From the NCBI RefSeq assembly GCF_006345805.1, contig NC_043022.1:18290001-18354000 (forward strand): a stretch of 64,000 nucleotides of DNA, written 5' to 3'. The notes below the pieces were generated by a model that worked only from the letters and a program-made list of their open reading frames with translations, was not told the origin of the DNA and did no database searches. A program made the position numbers and the translations under genes. Each line of letters opens with the position of its first letter. Position 1 is the first letter of the stretch. The stretch comes from Octopus sinensis (lineage: Eukaryota). Shown here piece by piece: positions 13,438 to 23,689 of this stretch.

Positions 13438-14204
13438 TTAAAGTATGAGAGATGGGGAGTCAGGTTTCTTCCTTGCAAGAAGTTACATAGTTGCTCATTG
13501 TTAAAGAGAAGGTGGAACTAACCGAAGTGGAACTGGAAAGAGATAAAACACATCTTTCTTCAAATATCTTGATGGTGTCTTAAGTAGAAATGCGAATCTT
13601 GATGATGAAATTACAAATAGTCCTCAGAATTCTTCACTTGAATATCCATTTTCAAAACAGGCTGTTTGTGTATATTATTGTCTGACTCTGAAACATCGAC
13701 ATTATACTTCAAACATGTTAAAGTTGGAGTGTTATCAAGAAAAGCATGTAGTATGCTATCTGTACTACATACCACATACACTGCAGCTTCATATGTAGAC
13801 CAAAATGCACTGCTCTGCCTCTAATATGCACCTATCCCAGAAACAGATGTAAAGTTTTACCTGCACTCCCCTTACCAACACTTGAGAGTTTTTCATGAGT
13901 GATCACATGGATTTTACTTACCTGTCTTGGTTAAAGGAGCTTTAGGGACTACTTCTCAAATTCTCTTCTACCTCTTCCTGCAATACACTTATCTACCCTT
14001 GGAAATTTTACCCTCCAGCTCTTCCTGGTCTCCTACTATATATACAATATATTTTTATATATCTTTGTTCTATCTTCCATTTTTATAACGTTATAACTGC
14101 CTGTTAGTGTTTTATTCTATTTATATATAATAGTGACCTCGTGTGTACCGTTGGCGATTTTTTTTTCCTCTGTCTTCCCTTCTCTGAATCTTTCCTTCTC
14201 CTGT

Positions 14205-14239
14205 GTTTTCGACGAAGAGCTCCGCTCGAAACGTTAAAC
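14205..14239 (+). ncRNA. Minimal hammerhead-like motif with core UCGACGA
   Basis: GUUU UCGACGA A GAGC UCC GCUC GAAAC GUU AAAC; palindromic AACGUU stem III; host element ~14100-14340 ends in (TA)n and keeps its CpGs. Confidence 0.7.
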
Positions 14240-14503
14240 CCTCCTTCTTTCCTTCTTTCCTGAGCGTCCAATAATACTATATTTGTTCCACGTCCTCGCA
14301 TTGTGTTTTTTTGTGCTTTCATGTTTGGATTAACTATATATATTTATATATATCATCATCATCATCATTTAGCGTCCGCTTTCCATGCTAGCATGGGTTA
14401 TATATATATATATATAGATTCAGATGAATATGGTACTTAAGTTGAGGCACCAGAATTTATTTAGTACGGTATTATTCATACAATTTCAAAATAAGGTGAT
14501 TAA

Positions 14504-14659
14504 AATCAAAATAAGCAACAAGGATATCCAGAGGTAATGCAGTACGATCGTTTCATTTTAAATTGATGTAATGAAATGATTGCATTGTTCAATTAAATGG
14601 AGTTGCATGAAACAATCATACTGCATTACCTCTGGATATCCTTGTTGCTTATTTTGATT
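14504..14659. repeat. Long inverted repeat: 53-bp arms with 2 mismatches, 50-bp spacer
   Basis: AATCAAAATAAGCAACAAGGATATCCAGAGGTAATGCAGTA (14504-14544) is the exact reverse complement of 14619-14659. Confidence 0.95.
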
Positions 14660-14715
14660 ATATATATATATATGCAAGAAGGTTTGAAAATGCAATTTTA
14701 AAAGATGTTTATTCA

Positions 14716-14755
14716 CTTGACCGGTTTCACTTTTTTAGAAAAAGATTGTCAAAAG
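14716..14755 (-). ncRNA. Minimal hammerhead-like motif with U3-A8 core variant
   Basis: CUU UUGACAA U CUUUUU CUA AAAAAG U GAAAC CG GUC AAG; palindromic ACCGGU stem III, GUC triplet, 3-bp stem I. Confidence 0.55.
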
Positions 14756-14854
14756 GAAAATGTAAAGCTTTGTATGAGCTTTGTTGTGTTTAGTACAGGT
14801 TATCACAAAAGTATTGAAAAACAGGAATACATTCTTTGCTAATTATAAGAGAAT

Positions 14855-14944
14855 GGGTTCTCATTCCTAAGATATTTTTTGATATTATTATTATTATTGT
14901 AATAATAATAATAATATCGAAAAATACCTTAGGAATGAGAACCC
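14855..14944. repeat. 90-bp near-perfect palindrome centred on (ATT)n/(AAT)n
   Basis: 44-bp arms GGGTTCTCATTCCTAAG(A/G)TATTTTT(T/C)GATATTATTATTATTATT, 2 mismatches, 2-nt loop. Confidence 0.95.
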
Positions 14945-14963
14945 AGCTTTGAAATTTCCCCAA

Positions 14964-15010
14964 GACACCCGAAGAAGGCTTGGAGGGTATATCAGCCAAA
15001 ACATTGTGTT
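14964..15010 (+). ncRNA. Degenerate minimal hammerhead of a Penelope-like terminus
   Basis: GACAC CCGAAGA A GGCU...AGCC AAAAC AUU GUGUU; stems I and II pair but U4, G12 and G16.2 deviate, so probably inactive. Confidence 0.6.
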
Positions 15011-15626
15011 AAAAACAAACAAAATGAGGACAAATAACCTTCGAATGTAAATAAGATAGATGCATGTATTTACCGTTTTCAAGTACCAAATTTACTCAGG
15101 AGGCATTGGTCAGCCTTGGGCTATAACTGAAGACATTTACCCGAGGAGGCCAATGGTGGGATTGAACTTGACCCCCCACATGGCTGCAAAGCCAGCTTCT
15201 TAACCACCCAGCCGTTCCTCCTCCAAATGTATTTTTTCCAGGCCTGTCACACACACCCACTGTGTCATACAGTTTCTGGCTTAGAATTATGTTAAGGTTA
15301 CACGTGTCTGTGGAAATGATGTGGCACTTTGCACGCAAACTCACAAAGGAGGTCATTCACTTGATTGAAAAAAAACTGGCCGCTCGCGTGGTTCACAGCA
15401 CGAGAGGTCATTGTCATGCCTGTACGTGTATGTTCATATACACGCGTCTAAATACAGACATACATGTGTGTGTGTGTGTGTGTACATTTATGCATGTATA
15501 TAGGTCATACATACATATACATTTATGTGTGTGTATGTGTATATATTTATATGTATGCACATACATTCATATATATATATATTTGTGTGAGAGAGATTCA
15601 TATACATGTCTACATTTATATATGTG

Positions 15627-15664
<38 letters not shown>

Positions 15665-16878
15665 CATATATATATGCACATACATATATATATATATACA
15701 CACACGCACATATATATACACATATATATATATATACGCACATATATATATATACGCACACATAAATATATACACATACATACATATATACACACACACA
15801 TATATATACACACACATATATATATATGTAATCTGACATGACAGATATAATAAATATATATTTGACATGGTGTAATTTTGTTTGGGGCGGTGGGTTAAGG
15901 AGTTTTGTATCAAGCAGTACTTAATAACAATAACAACAATAATAATAACAATTATAATAATAATAATAAACAAACAAACAATAATGTTATTGCTATTGCT
16001 GCTGCCGGTAATGATGATGAGGATGGTAGTCGGTCGGTTGTCGGTGGATGGGCTGAACATGTTGAGCGTCAGTCAGTGGTGGCGTTCGTTAAAACAGGCT
16101 TTAATCGTCAATGTGTTGTTTAATTGCCTGTGTTTGTTTAACAAACAGGTTTAAACTTACGACAAGAGATAATCCTTCTCCTACATCAAGATTATCGTTG
16201 ATTTCACTTTTAATCCCCACTTTTTAGTTTTTGATTTTTGATGGTTTTTGGTGCGGAGGTTTTCTTTTTTTTACTTGTCTTTTTTTTTTTATTTTATTGC
16301 ATTTTCTCTTTCTCTCTCCTCTCCTCTCTTACCATGTCACTCTCTTTTTCTCTATCTGTCTTTCTCTCTCACTCTCTCTCCTCCCTTTGCCTTGTATGTC
16401 TCCTTTTTGCAATTCAGTTTTCTCTCTCTCTCACTCTCTAATTTATCTTGCTCTTCTTTTCCCATCTCTCTGACTCTCCCTCACTCCTTTCCCTTTTCTG
16501 TCTCTCTGGCTATCTCTCACACCATTTCACCCTCTTCTTTCTCTCCCTCCCTCCCTCCTTCCCTCTCTCTCTCTTCTCTCCTCTCCTCACGCAATCGCCT
16601 CTCTCTTTAATCCGCATGGCCACCACCTCTGCTCTCCTCAACTCAACTCACCTCACCTTACCTCACCCCCAACCATCATAGTTAAAGCTCCGACATCTGA
16701 CACCGCTCCACCACCCACCCCTCTCTCTCTCCCTCCTTCTCTCTCTCTCACTCTCTCTCTCTCTCTACTATTGTTTTAATTTCGGGCTCACGCCTACACT
16801 TATATCTATTACGTTATTATCCCATCATCATCATCATTTATTATTATTAGAGAGGGTGGGTTAAATTTTTTATCCCCG

Positions 16879-16918
<40 letters not shown>

Positions 16919-17277
16919 CAGTGTCAGCTTGTGTCATATATACACTCTTAATATCGCGGCATGTTGCGTGTCTCGGAGGGTTTTCCCAGTTCATTTCTCT
17001 TTTTTTAAGTATCTATTTAGAGATATTTTAAGCCAAAAAGAAGAAATTAGCACAAACTAAAACAAAAAGACAAAAATCACGCAAAGAACAACAACAAAAA
17101 AAAAACTATAACAACAATAATTATTCAGAAATTATGAATTATTATTATTATTATTACAATTATTATCGTTCATCGTCGTTATCATCATCTCGCTGCCGTC
17201 ATCTCGTTTCTGATGTTCACGTTTTTATCATCTCCACTCTTCATTCGTACTTTGGATCTGCTGCTCACGTGACATAC

Positions 17278-17415
17278 CAGAATTTGGCAAATTTTGATCG
17301 CTGCATTTGACTTAACCATTCCAGGTTGCAACCGTTGTCCCAAATTTAAGAGTATTCCCAGAAACGTTTAATGGTAATTGAAAAGAAACACCGAATGACT
17401 TCGGTCATAGGAATT
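17278..17415 (-). other. Candidate 138-nt exon with stops in all frames (UTR, start-codon or terminal exon)
   Basis: Long poly-T tract then ttttcacag acceptor; donor CTG|gtatgt; contains possible start MVKSNAAIKICQIL. Confidence 0.4.
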
Positions 17416-18078
17416 CTGTGAAAATACAAAACAAGGAGAAAAAAACACAAAAAAAAAAAAAAAAAAAAACCAGCAAAAAAACAAAAAACAAAAAGAAATT
17501 CAATTGGATGTTATTATTATTGTTATTATTAGTATTAATTATATTTGAGAAACAAATATTTTATCTTCTGCATTCTTGGTTCTTCTGACAACAGCAACAG
17601 CAACAACAATCTTGGAACAATTCTGGATCTACGACCGATTTTTTTTTTATCGGCGCCATGTGGAGCATTTCTATGGCTGCTCGATTTGCTAGAAATAACA
17701 ACCAAATTTCCTCTCCTTTTCTCTCTTTTTCTGTCTGTCTGTTTGTCTCTCATATTTTGTTTGTCCTCTTCCTCAGTGGATATAGTTTGAACAGATAGCT
17801 CTCTGTTTATTTCATCAGGAGTGAAAAAACAAAAAAAAAAGACACTATCTCCCCTACTTTCAAAAACTCCCGTTTTCAACAAGAAATATATCATTTTTAC
17901 ATTTGCTGATATCATTCTCCTCTCTCCTCTCACAGACATCTCATGCTCACAAACACACACAAATACATATGCTAAGAAATTTATATATATACACATATAT
18001 ATATATGTACAGAATATCTGATATCTGTTGAAAATTTTAGGATCATTTTCAAAAACACAAAAACAAACATAATACTAC

Positions 18079-18172
18079 CAAGTTCCCTGAAGTGCCAAAG
18101 GTTTTGTTGAGTGCTGGCGGACCCTGTTTACACAACTGGAAATCACTTTTGGATCTCATCCCCCCACGAAAT
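18079..18172 (-). CDS. Candidate exon (phase 2 to 0): FRGGMRSKSDFQLCKQGPPALNKTFGTSGNL
   Basis: Acceptor aaacacag, donor TTG|gtagta; frame continues from 18447-18520. Confidence 0.35.
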
Positions 18173-18446
18173 CTGTGTTTACACACATACACTAACACAT
18201 ACATACATAACAGATACACACACATTCATATATACATACATATGTACATGCACATTTATATATACATATACACACACCATACAAATATATAGGCAACCTA
18301 GTGTAGATAAGCAAAGAAAGAAACATACATACATTCAATATATATATATACACACATACATATATACATTCAAAATAAAAATGTGGATATATGTGTGTAT
18401 ATACATATTTGAAGGGTAGAGTTTGTTCACCTTTTTTAAAGTTCAC

Positions 18447-18520
18447 CTGGCACTGTTTATAAGGTTGGCAAGTTCTTGGTAGCATATTTCTTCAAGTCTG
18501 GTATTGGTTAACCTGCTTTT
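18447..18520 (-). CDS. Candidate exon (phase 0 to 2): KSRLTNTRLEEICYQELANLINSAR
   Basis: Strong acceptor ccccagttcctttcag, donor CAG|gtgaac; only one open frame. Confidence 0.42.
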
Positions 18521-19061
18521 CTGAAAGGAACTGGGGAATTGGAGGTTGGATGGGGGTGTGATGGAAGTTTGAGCGGCAGCGACTAACAGATATTGCCACA
18601 GATGAACATGTACACACACTAATATATATATATATACACACACACTATATATTCCTATATACTCAGATAAACAGGCAAGCAGGTGTAGATAGGAGAAAAG
18701 AAAAACAGACAGGTGTGTATATATATATATGTATATAAACATACAACTGTATTTATTTAGGTAGTCATGCAGGTACTAACTTTATTCTACCTCTCCACCA
18801 AGAAGGAGGGAGTTTGAGATGCAAAAATCCTGAAATTACATAGACTTTGGTGGTCATTGAATATATATATATGTTTGTGTGTGTGTTTGAAAATATTGTA
18901 CAAGCTTGTCTGACCATCATATTTTCAGCAGCATGAAACTAATAGTAGCTCACATTTAAATCCTGTATGTATTAAATTACATATATATATATATATATAT
19001 ATACAAATATAACTCCTACTGGTAAAGCTTGTTTTGTTTATCTGAGCAATAGCAGAACAGT

Positions 19062-19100
<39 letters not shown>

Positions 19101-19368
19101 ATATATATATATATATTATATATACACACACACACACACACACATGCGCACACACATATGCACACACATACACTCCCGTGTTATTGTTGAACACCTTGCT
19201 TTGTTTCAAATTTGTGATGTAAATCAGAGCTCTTTGAATTCCTCATTGTGGATATTAATTAACTAAATTGTTAATTATTTATAGATAGATACGTCTATAT
19301 CGTAATTCTCTATCAATTAATTCAATTCAACAAAATACAAGACTTCGTCTTGTTTCAATACATTTTAC

Positions 19369-19515
19369 CAAATATAGAACGCGTCTTGAAAGATTATCTG
19401 CAGATTTTGAAATTCTCAATTTAGATTCCTTTATAATTTTATCTGCTTTTTGGTTCTTCTTCTTGGTGTTGGATACCATTTTATTCTTACACCATCGATT
19501 TTGATATCCTTGTTG
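19369..19515 (-). CDS. Candidate 147-nt exon: QQGYQNRWCKNKMVSNTKKKNQKADKIIKESKLRISKSADNLSRRVLYL
   Basis: Acceptor accccacag with an in-frame stop just upstream, donor TTG|gtaaaa; internal ATG at 19479 in AAAATGG context. Confidence 0.38.
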
Positions 19516-19997
19516 CTGTGGGGTGTTGATTTAGCGAGAGATAAAACGAATGTCTTTGATTACTGTGGAACTACTATTACAAACAAGATTGTCTGTTGGA
19601 TCTAACACACTCATACACCCATATGCCCTTGATTTTTTTACATTTGCCTTTATTCCCCCCTTTTCCTGATCCATGTATCGTTTACATCTCCCCCTTCTTT
19701 GTTGGTCATACTACACGTGACGCTCGCTCGCTCGTTCGACTTTCTTTTGAAAGAACACTTAGATAAGTGTTTTCTTCATAACTTCCATATAGTATTTCAA
19801 ATTACAAATTTACATATAAGATTCCAAAATATATTGAAGGAGAAACAAGCTTGGGTTACCAGCTGAGTGACTTGGAAATGTAAAACTCGGAGTACTGGAA
19901 TTTGGAGAAGCCTTTTTAAGTTGTATTGTCTCAAAGAATACTCTGCATTTATATATTGTAATTTATTACTTCACTGTAAAACCAATAGAAATATATT

Positions 19998-20053
<56 letters not shown>

Positions 20054-20059
20054 AAAGTA

Positions 20060-20182
20060 AAAAAATATATAAACTGGGACAAGAACGTGAAACATTTAGA
20101 AGACGACACAAAAAACACGGACGGGACATTCGAAGCCCTCAATCATCAGTCAAGAACCGGATCATCTTCGCAATTTCGGCTG

Positions 20183-20225
<43 letters not shown>

Positions 20226-20440
20226 GTCAATTCAAATAAACAAAAAAATAAAATTAATAGTAACAGACAACAAGAGGATGTGTACAAGAAATGTTTTCGT
20301 TTGATGCTCAGTAGAAAGAGAGACTTTGATGTTTCGAGCATAGCTCTTTGTTAGGAATGAGAAAGGGAAAAGTCCAAAGAAGGAAAAGAATCGCCAACAG
20401 CACATGAGTAATTTCACTGCTGAAGTCAGCAATATATACA
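20060..20440 (-). mobile_element. Two Penelope-like terminal fragments separated by (TA)n; degenerate hammerhead at 20324-20358
   Basis: AUUC CUAACAA A GAGC UAU GCUC GAAAC AUC AAAG (G>A decay of CUGACGA and GUC); the second fragment begins TCAGCCGAAATTGCG. Confidence 0.55.
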
Positions 20441-20523
20441 CATATATATATATATGTATGTAATCTAAAAGGATTTATAAATACGCATAAACAGACGTCA
20501 CACAGTTTGTTTATTTGAAACAG

Positions 20524-20596
20524 AAAAGGCTTCGTTCTGTTTCTACTATGAGCTTTACCAATACCTTTTATCCTATACGCACTGTTAAATACACAG
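20524..20596 (+). CDS. Candidate 73-nt exon: KRLRSVSTMSFTNTFYPIRTVKYT
   Basis: Acceptor tgtttatttgaaacag, donor CAG|gtatgc, single open frame. Confidence 0.25.
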
Positions 20597-21509
20597 GTAT
20601 GCTATCCCTGATTCTACCATGGTGCTTTGCTTATTAAAACACCTTGATCCTGTTGGATCCTGAAAATAATTATAATAATATTTTATATATATATATATAC
20701 ATATGTATATATGCTAGCTAGGAAACGTATGTACCCTGGATTTTACCTGCTCCATTCCCTAAATTTGGATTTTTAATCATATCCACAGCAAACTCAGTTG
20801 CTAATTATGAACTATAAAATAGCTTTTTTCAGCTAATTGAACTTCAATATTGGAAAAATTTACAACCTTCAATGTCAGTAAACCACTATTGTTCCAGAAA
20901 GTTGTTGTCTTAGACCTTCTACGGACTGTTCAAAGCTTACTAACTTCCTACACCTCGATCCTTGGATCTCACCTTTACATATAATTTATATTATATATAT
21001 ATATATATATTCACTCATACATATGCAGTTGTGATATTTGTTCCCTACAAGCAAATTCTTGAACAGAAATACCACCAAAATTATAACAATCGGATCTTTA
21101 GGAGTAATTGAGAGTACCTCAGGTTCAATCTCTGATCTCTCCAATTCTGTATCAAAATTTGAGGAATTCCTTTGAATCTCTTATACATTCAGTTATTCCT
21201 GTTTCTTCCTAAGAGTTTAACCAAACTGCCTACCTGATGTTTGAGGTGTTTTTCCAGATTGCTCGACTTTGGCAAGTAAATATGCACTGACCGGCACATT
21301 GCATTGCACTGCCAAATGCACTTCACTGACAGCCACCACTCTCCGGTCAAGTTATTGATTGACCAACAACACTTGACCTTTTGTGGGTTTTAAGAGAAAA
21401 ATGTAAACCTATTGCCAGACATGGAGCATAATACTGTCCTCAGTCCCTGTTTGGATCTTGTCGAGCTAACTATCCAACCCATGCCAGCATGGAGCAGACA
21501 TTAAATGAT

Positions 21510-22250
21510 GATGATGATGGTGAATGATAGCGAATGACAATGAATGATGGTGAATGACAATGTGTAATACTGGTGCACTGTCTCTCACATGCACACATGT
21601 ATTTGTTTTATATGATGAGTGATGATGAATGATGGTGGATGACTGTGTTATACTGGTGCAGTGTCCCATATCCTCATATGTAATGCTTTATGTGATGAGT
21701 GATGATGAATGATGGTGAATGATATTGGTGCACTGTCTTTCATATGCACTCACATGTATTTGTTTTATATGGTAATGAGTGATGATGAATGATGGTAGAT
21801 GACTGTGTTATACTGGTGCACTGTCCCATATGCACACATGTAATGCTTTATGTGATGAGTGATGATGAATGATGGTGAATGATATTGGTGCACTGTCTTC
21901 ATATTTTATGCACTCACATGTATTTGTTTTATATGGTAATGAGTGATGATGAATGATGGTGGATGACTGTGTTATACTGGTGCACTGTCCCATATGCACA
22001 CATGTAATGCTTTATGTGATGAGTGATGATGAATGATGGTGAATGATATTGGTGCACTGTCTTTCATATGCACTCACATGTATTTGTTTTATATGGTAAT
22101 GAGTGATGATGAATGATGGTGGATGACTGTGTTATACTGGTGCACTGTCCCATATGCACACATGTAATGCTTTATGTGATGAGTGATGATGAATGATGGT
22201 GAATGATATTGGTGCACTTTCAAATGCACACACATGTATTTGTTTTATAT
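21510..22250. repeat. Minisatellite with alternating ~85/~73-bp units (~159-bp dimer, ~4.5 copies)
   Basis: TGGTGCA(C/G)TGTC anchor near 21571, 21654, 21727, 21813, 21888, 21978, 22050, 22137, 22210; GATGAGTGATGATGAATGATGG in each unit. Confidence 0.92.
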
Positions 22251-22995
22251 GATGGCAATGTGCAATACTGTATACTTAGTGTGTGCATATCCTGGTTTTG
22301 AGAACAAGTAGAAGATTCATGCAAAGTGGTGACTAAGGAATTGGCACAGCACTTGGAAGGGCATTTGGATGTAAAAGACTCCTTAGAAGGGCATTTCGAT
22401 GTAAAAGACTCCTTCAAAAATGGCCCACCCAATCCATGCCAGTTTAAAAAGATGAGTGTGCATGATAATGATGATGAGGTGTGTATCATATATACAGAAA
22501 GAGAGAGAGAGAAGAAGAAATATAGATGTATATATGTGTATATATGTATAATTTGGAGTACCTCTTCAAATTTACTAAAGGCACTCTAGGCTTTTGTAAT
22601 ACTGTTGTATTACATAATATAATAATGAAATTATTGTATACAGTGCTCAGGTGCACCACAACGAAAGAATAGGTTTACATGTAGATTTTTGTGCACATGT
22701 ATGTATATATATATGTGTGCGTATATGTATAAATACATATATATGTAAATATATAAATATATGTATAAATACGTATATATGTAAATACAAACTTATAAAT
22801 ATATATATATATGTAGAAATACATACACACACACACATATATATATAGTCTGGAAACACACATACACACATATATCCATTTTCCATGCTAATATCTATCC
22901 ATCTATTTTATACATATCTTATATATGCATGTAAATATCATATATATATATATCTTGTGTATAAATCATATATATATATATTCCTGTCACAACCT

Positions 22996-23039
22996 GGGAC
23001 CTTGAAGACTGCTTAAATGCAAGAAAGTATACTAGTCCC
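22996..23039 (+). ncRNA. Hammerhead-like motif with 8-nt palindromic stem III
   Basis: GGGAC CUUGAAGA C UGC UUAAAU GCA A GAAA GUAUAC UA GUCCC; 5-bp stem I, CUA triplet, one extra U in the core. Confidence 0.6.
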
Positions 23040-23103
23040 TTAATATTTGATATTCAATATTTCATCTATTCAATAAGACAATCAATACTTCATTTCATTT
23101 TAC

Positions 23104-23134
<31 letters not shown>

Positions 23135-23689
23135 TATACTATATATTCTATATTCTACATTAATATTATAAAGAATATAAATAAAACATAAAAAAAACAA
23201 ACAGAATTGGAATCCTTGAATAATATATATATATATATATGTATATATCGGATATATATATATATATACATATATCTGACATATAGCATGTACCACATGA
23301 CATTCCATCCATTAGATGTCAACCAGATATCATCCATCAAAACAACTCCATCACCTTCCAACGACAACAACAACAACATCATAGATGTTTTTAGATGCTA
23401 TCAACACCATCGCCGATCGACTGACCAGGTTATATTGACCCGCACTGTTACAGTATGTTGCGCTGCACCCCACCCCCCCCCCCCCCCTTCGCCCCTCGCC
23501 CCCTCCCTCCTCCTCCGCTTCTGCCTCGTTTTTATCCGTATGCAGCATCCACGCCGCACAACCATGTGCGTCTTCATCCCGTTCGTTCCGACCATGCAGC
23601 GATGATTTTATTATTTTTGTTTTATTGCTCTGATTGCGAGTGTTCTTGGCTCTTGGCATTTGGTCTTTCTCTCTGAAGATGTACTCTCC

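Noticed and set aside
17396-17409. ATGAC-TTCG-GTCAT stable tetraloop hairpin
   Set aside because: A single 5-bp hairpin is expected by chance; no surrounding structure
18111-18175. SPRY-like VLADPVYTTGNHFW on the + strand
   Set aside because: In-frame stop immediately upstream, only a GAG acceptor, no good donor, and the motif does not continue as WEV
20600-21400. Additional minus-strand exons (VKCCWSINN...HQ; DPTGSRCFNKQSTM)
   Set aside because: Competing open frames on both strands and weak splice sites; cannot choose without RNA data
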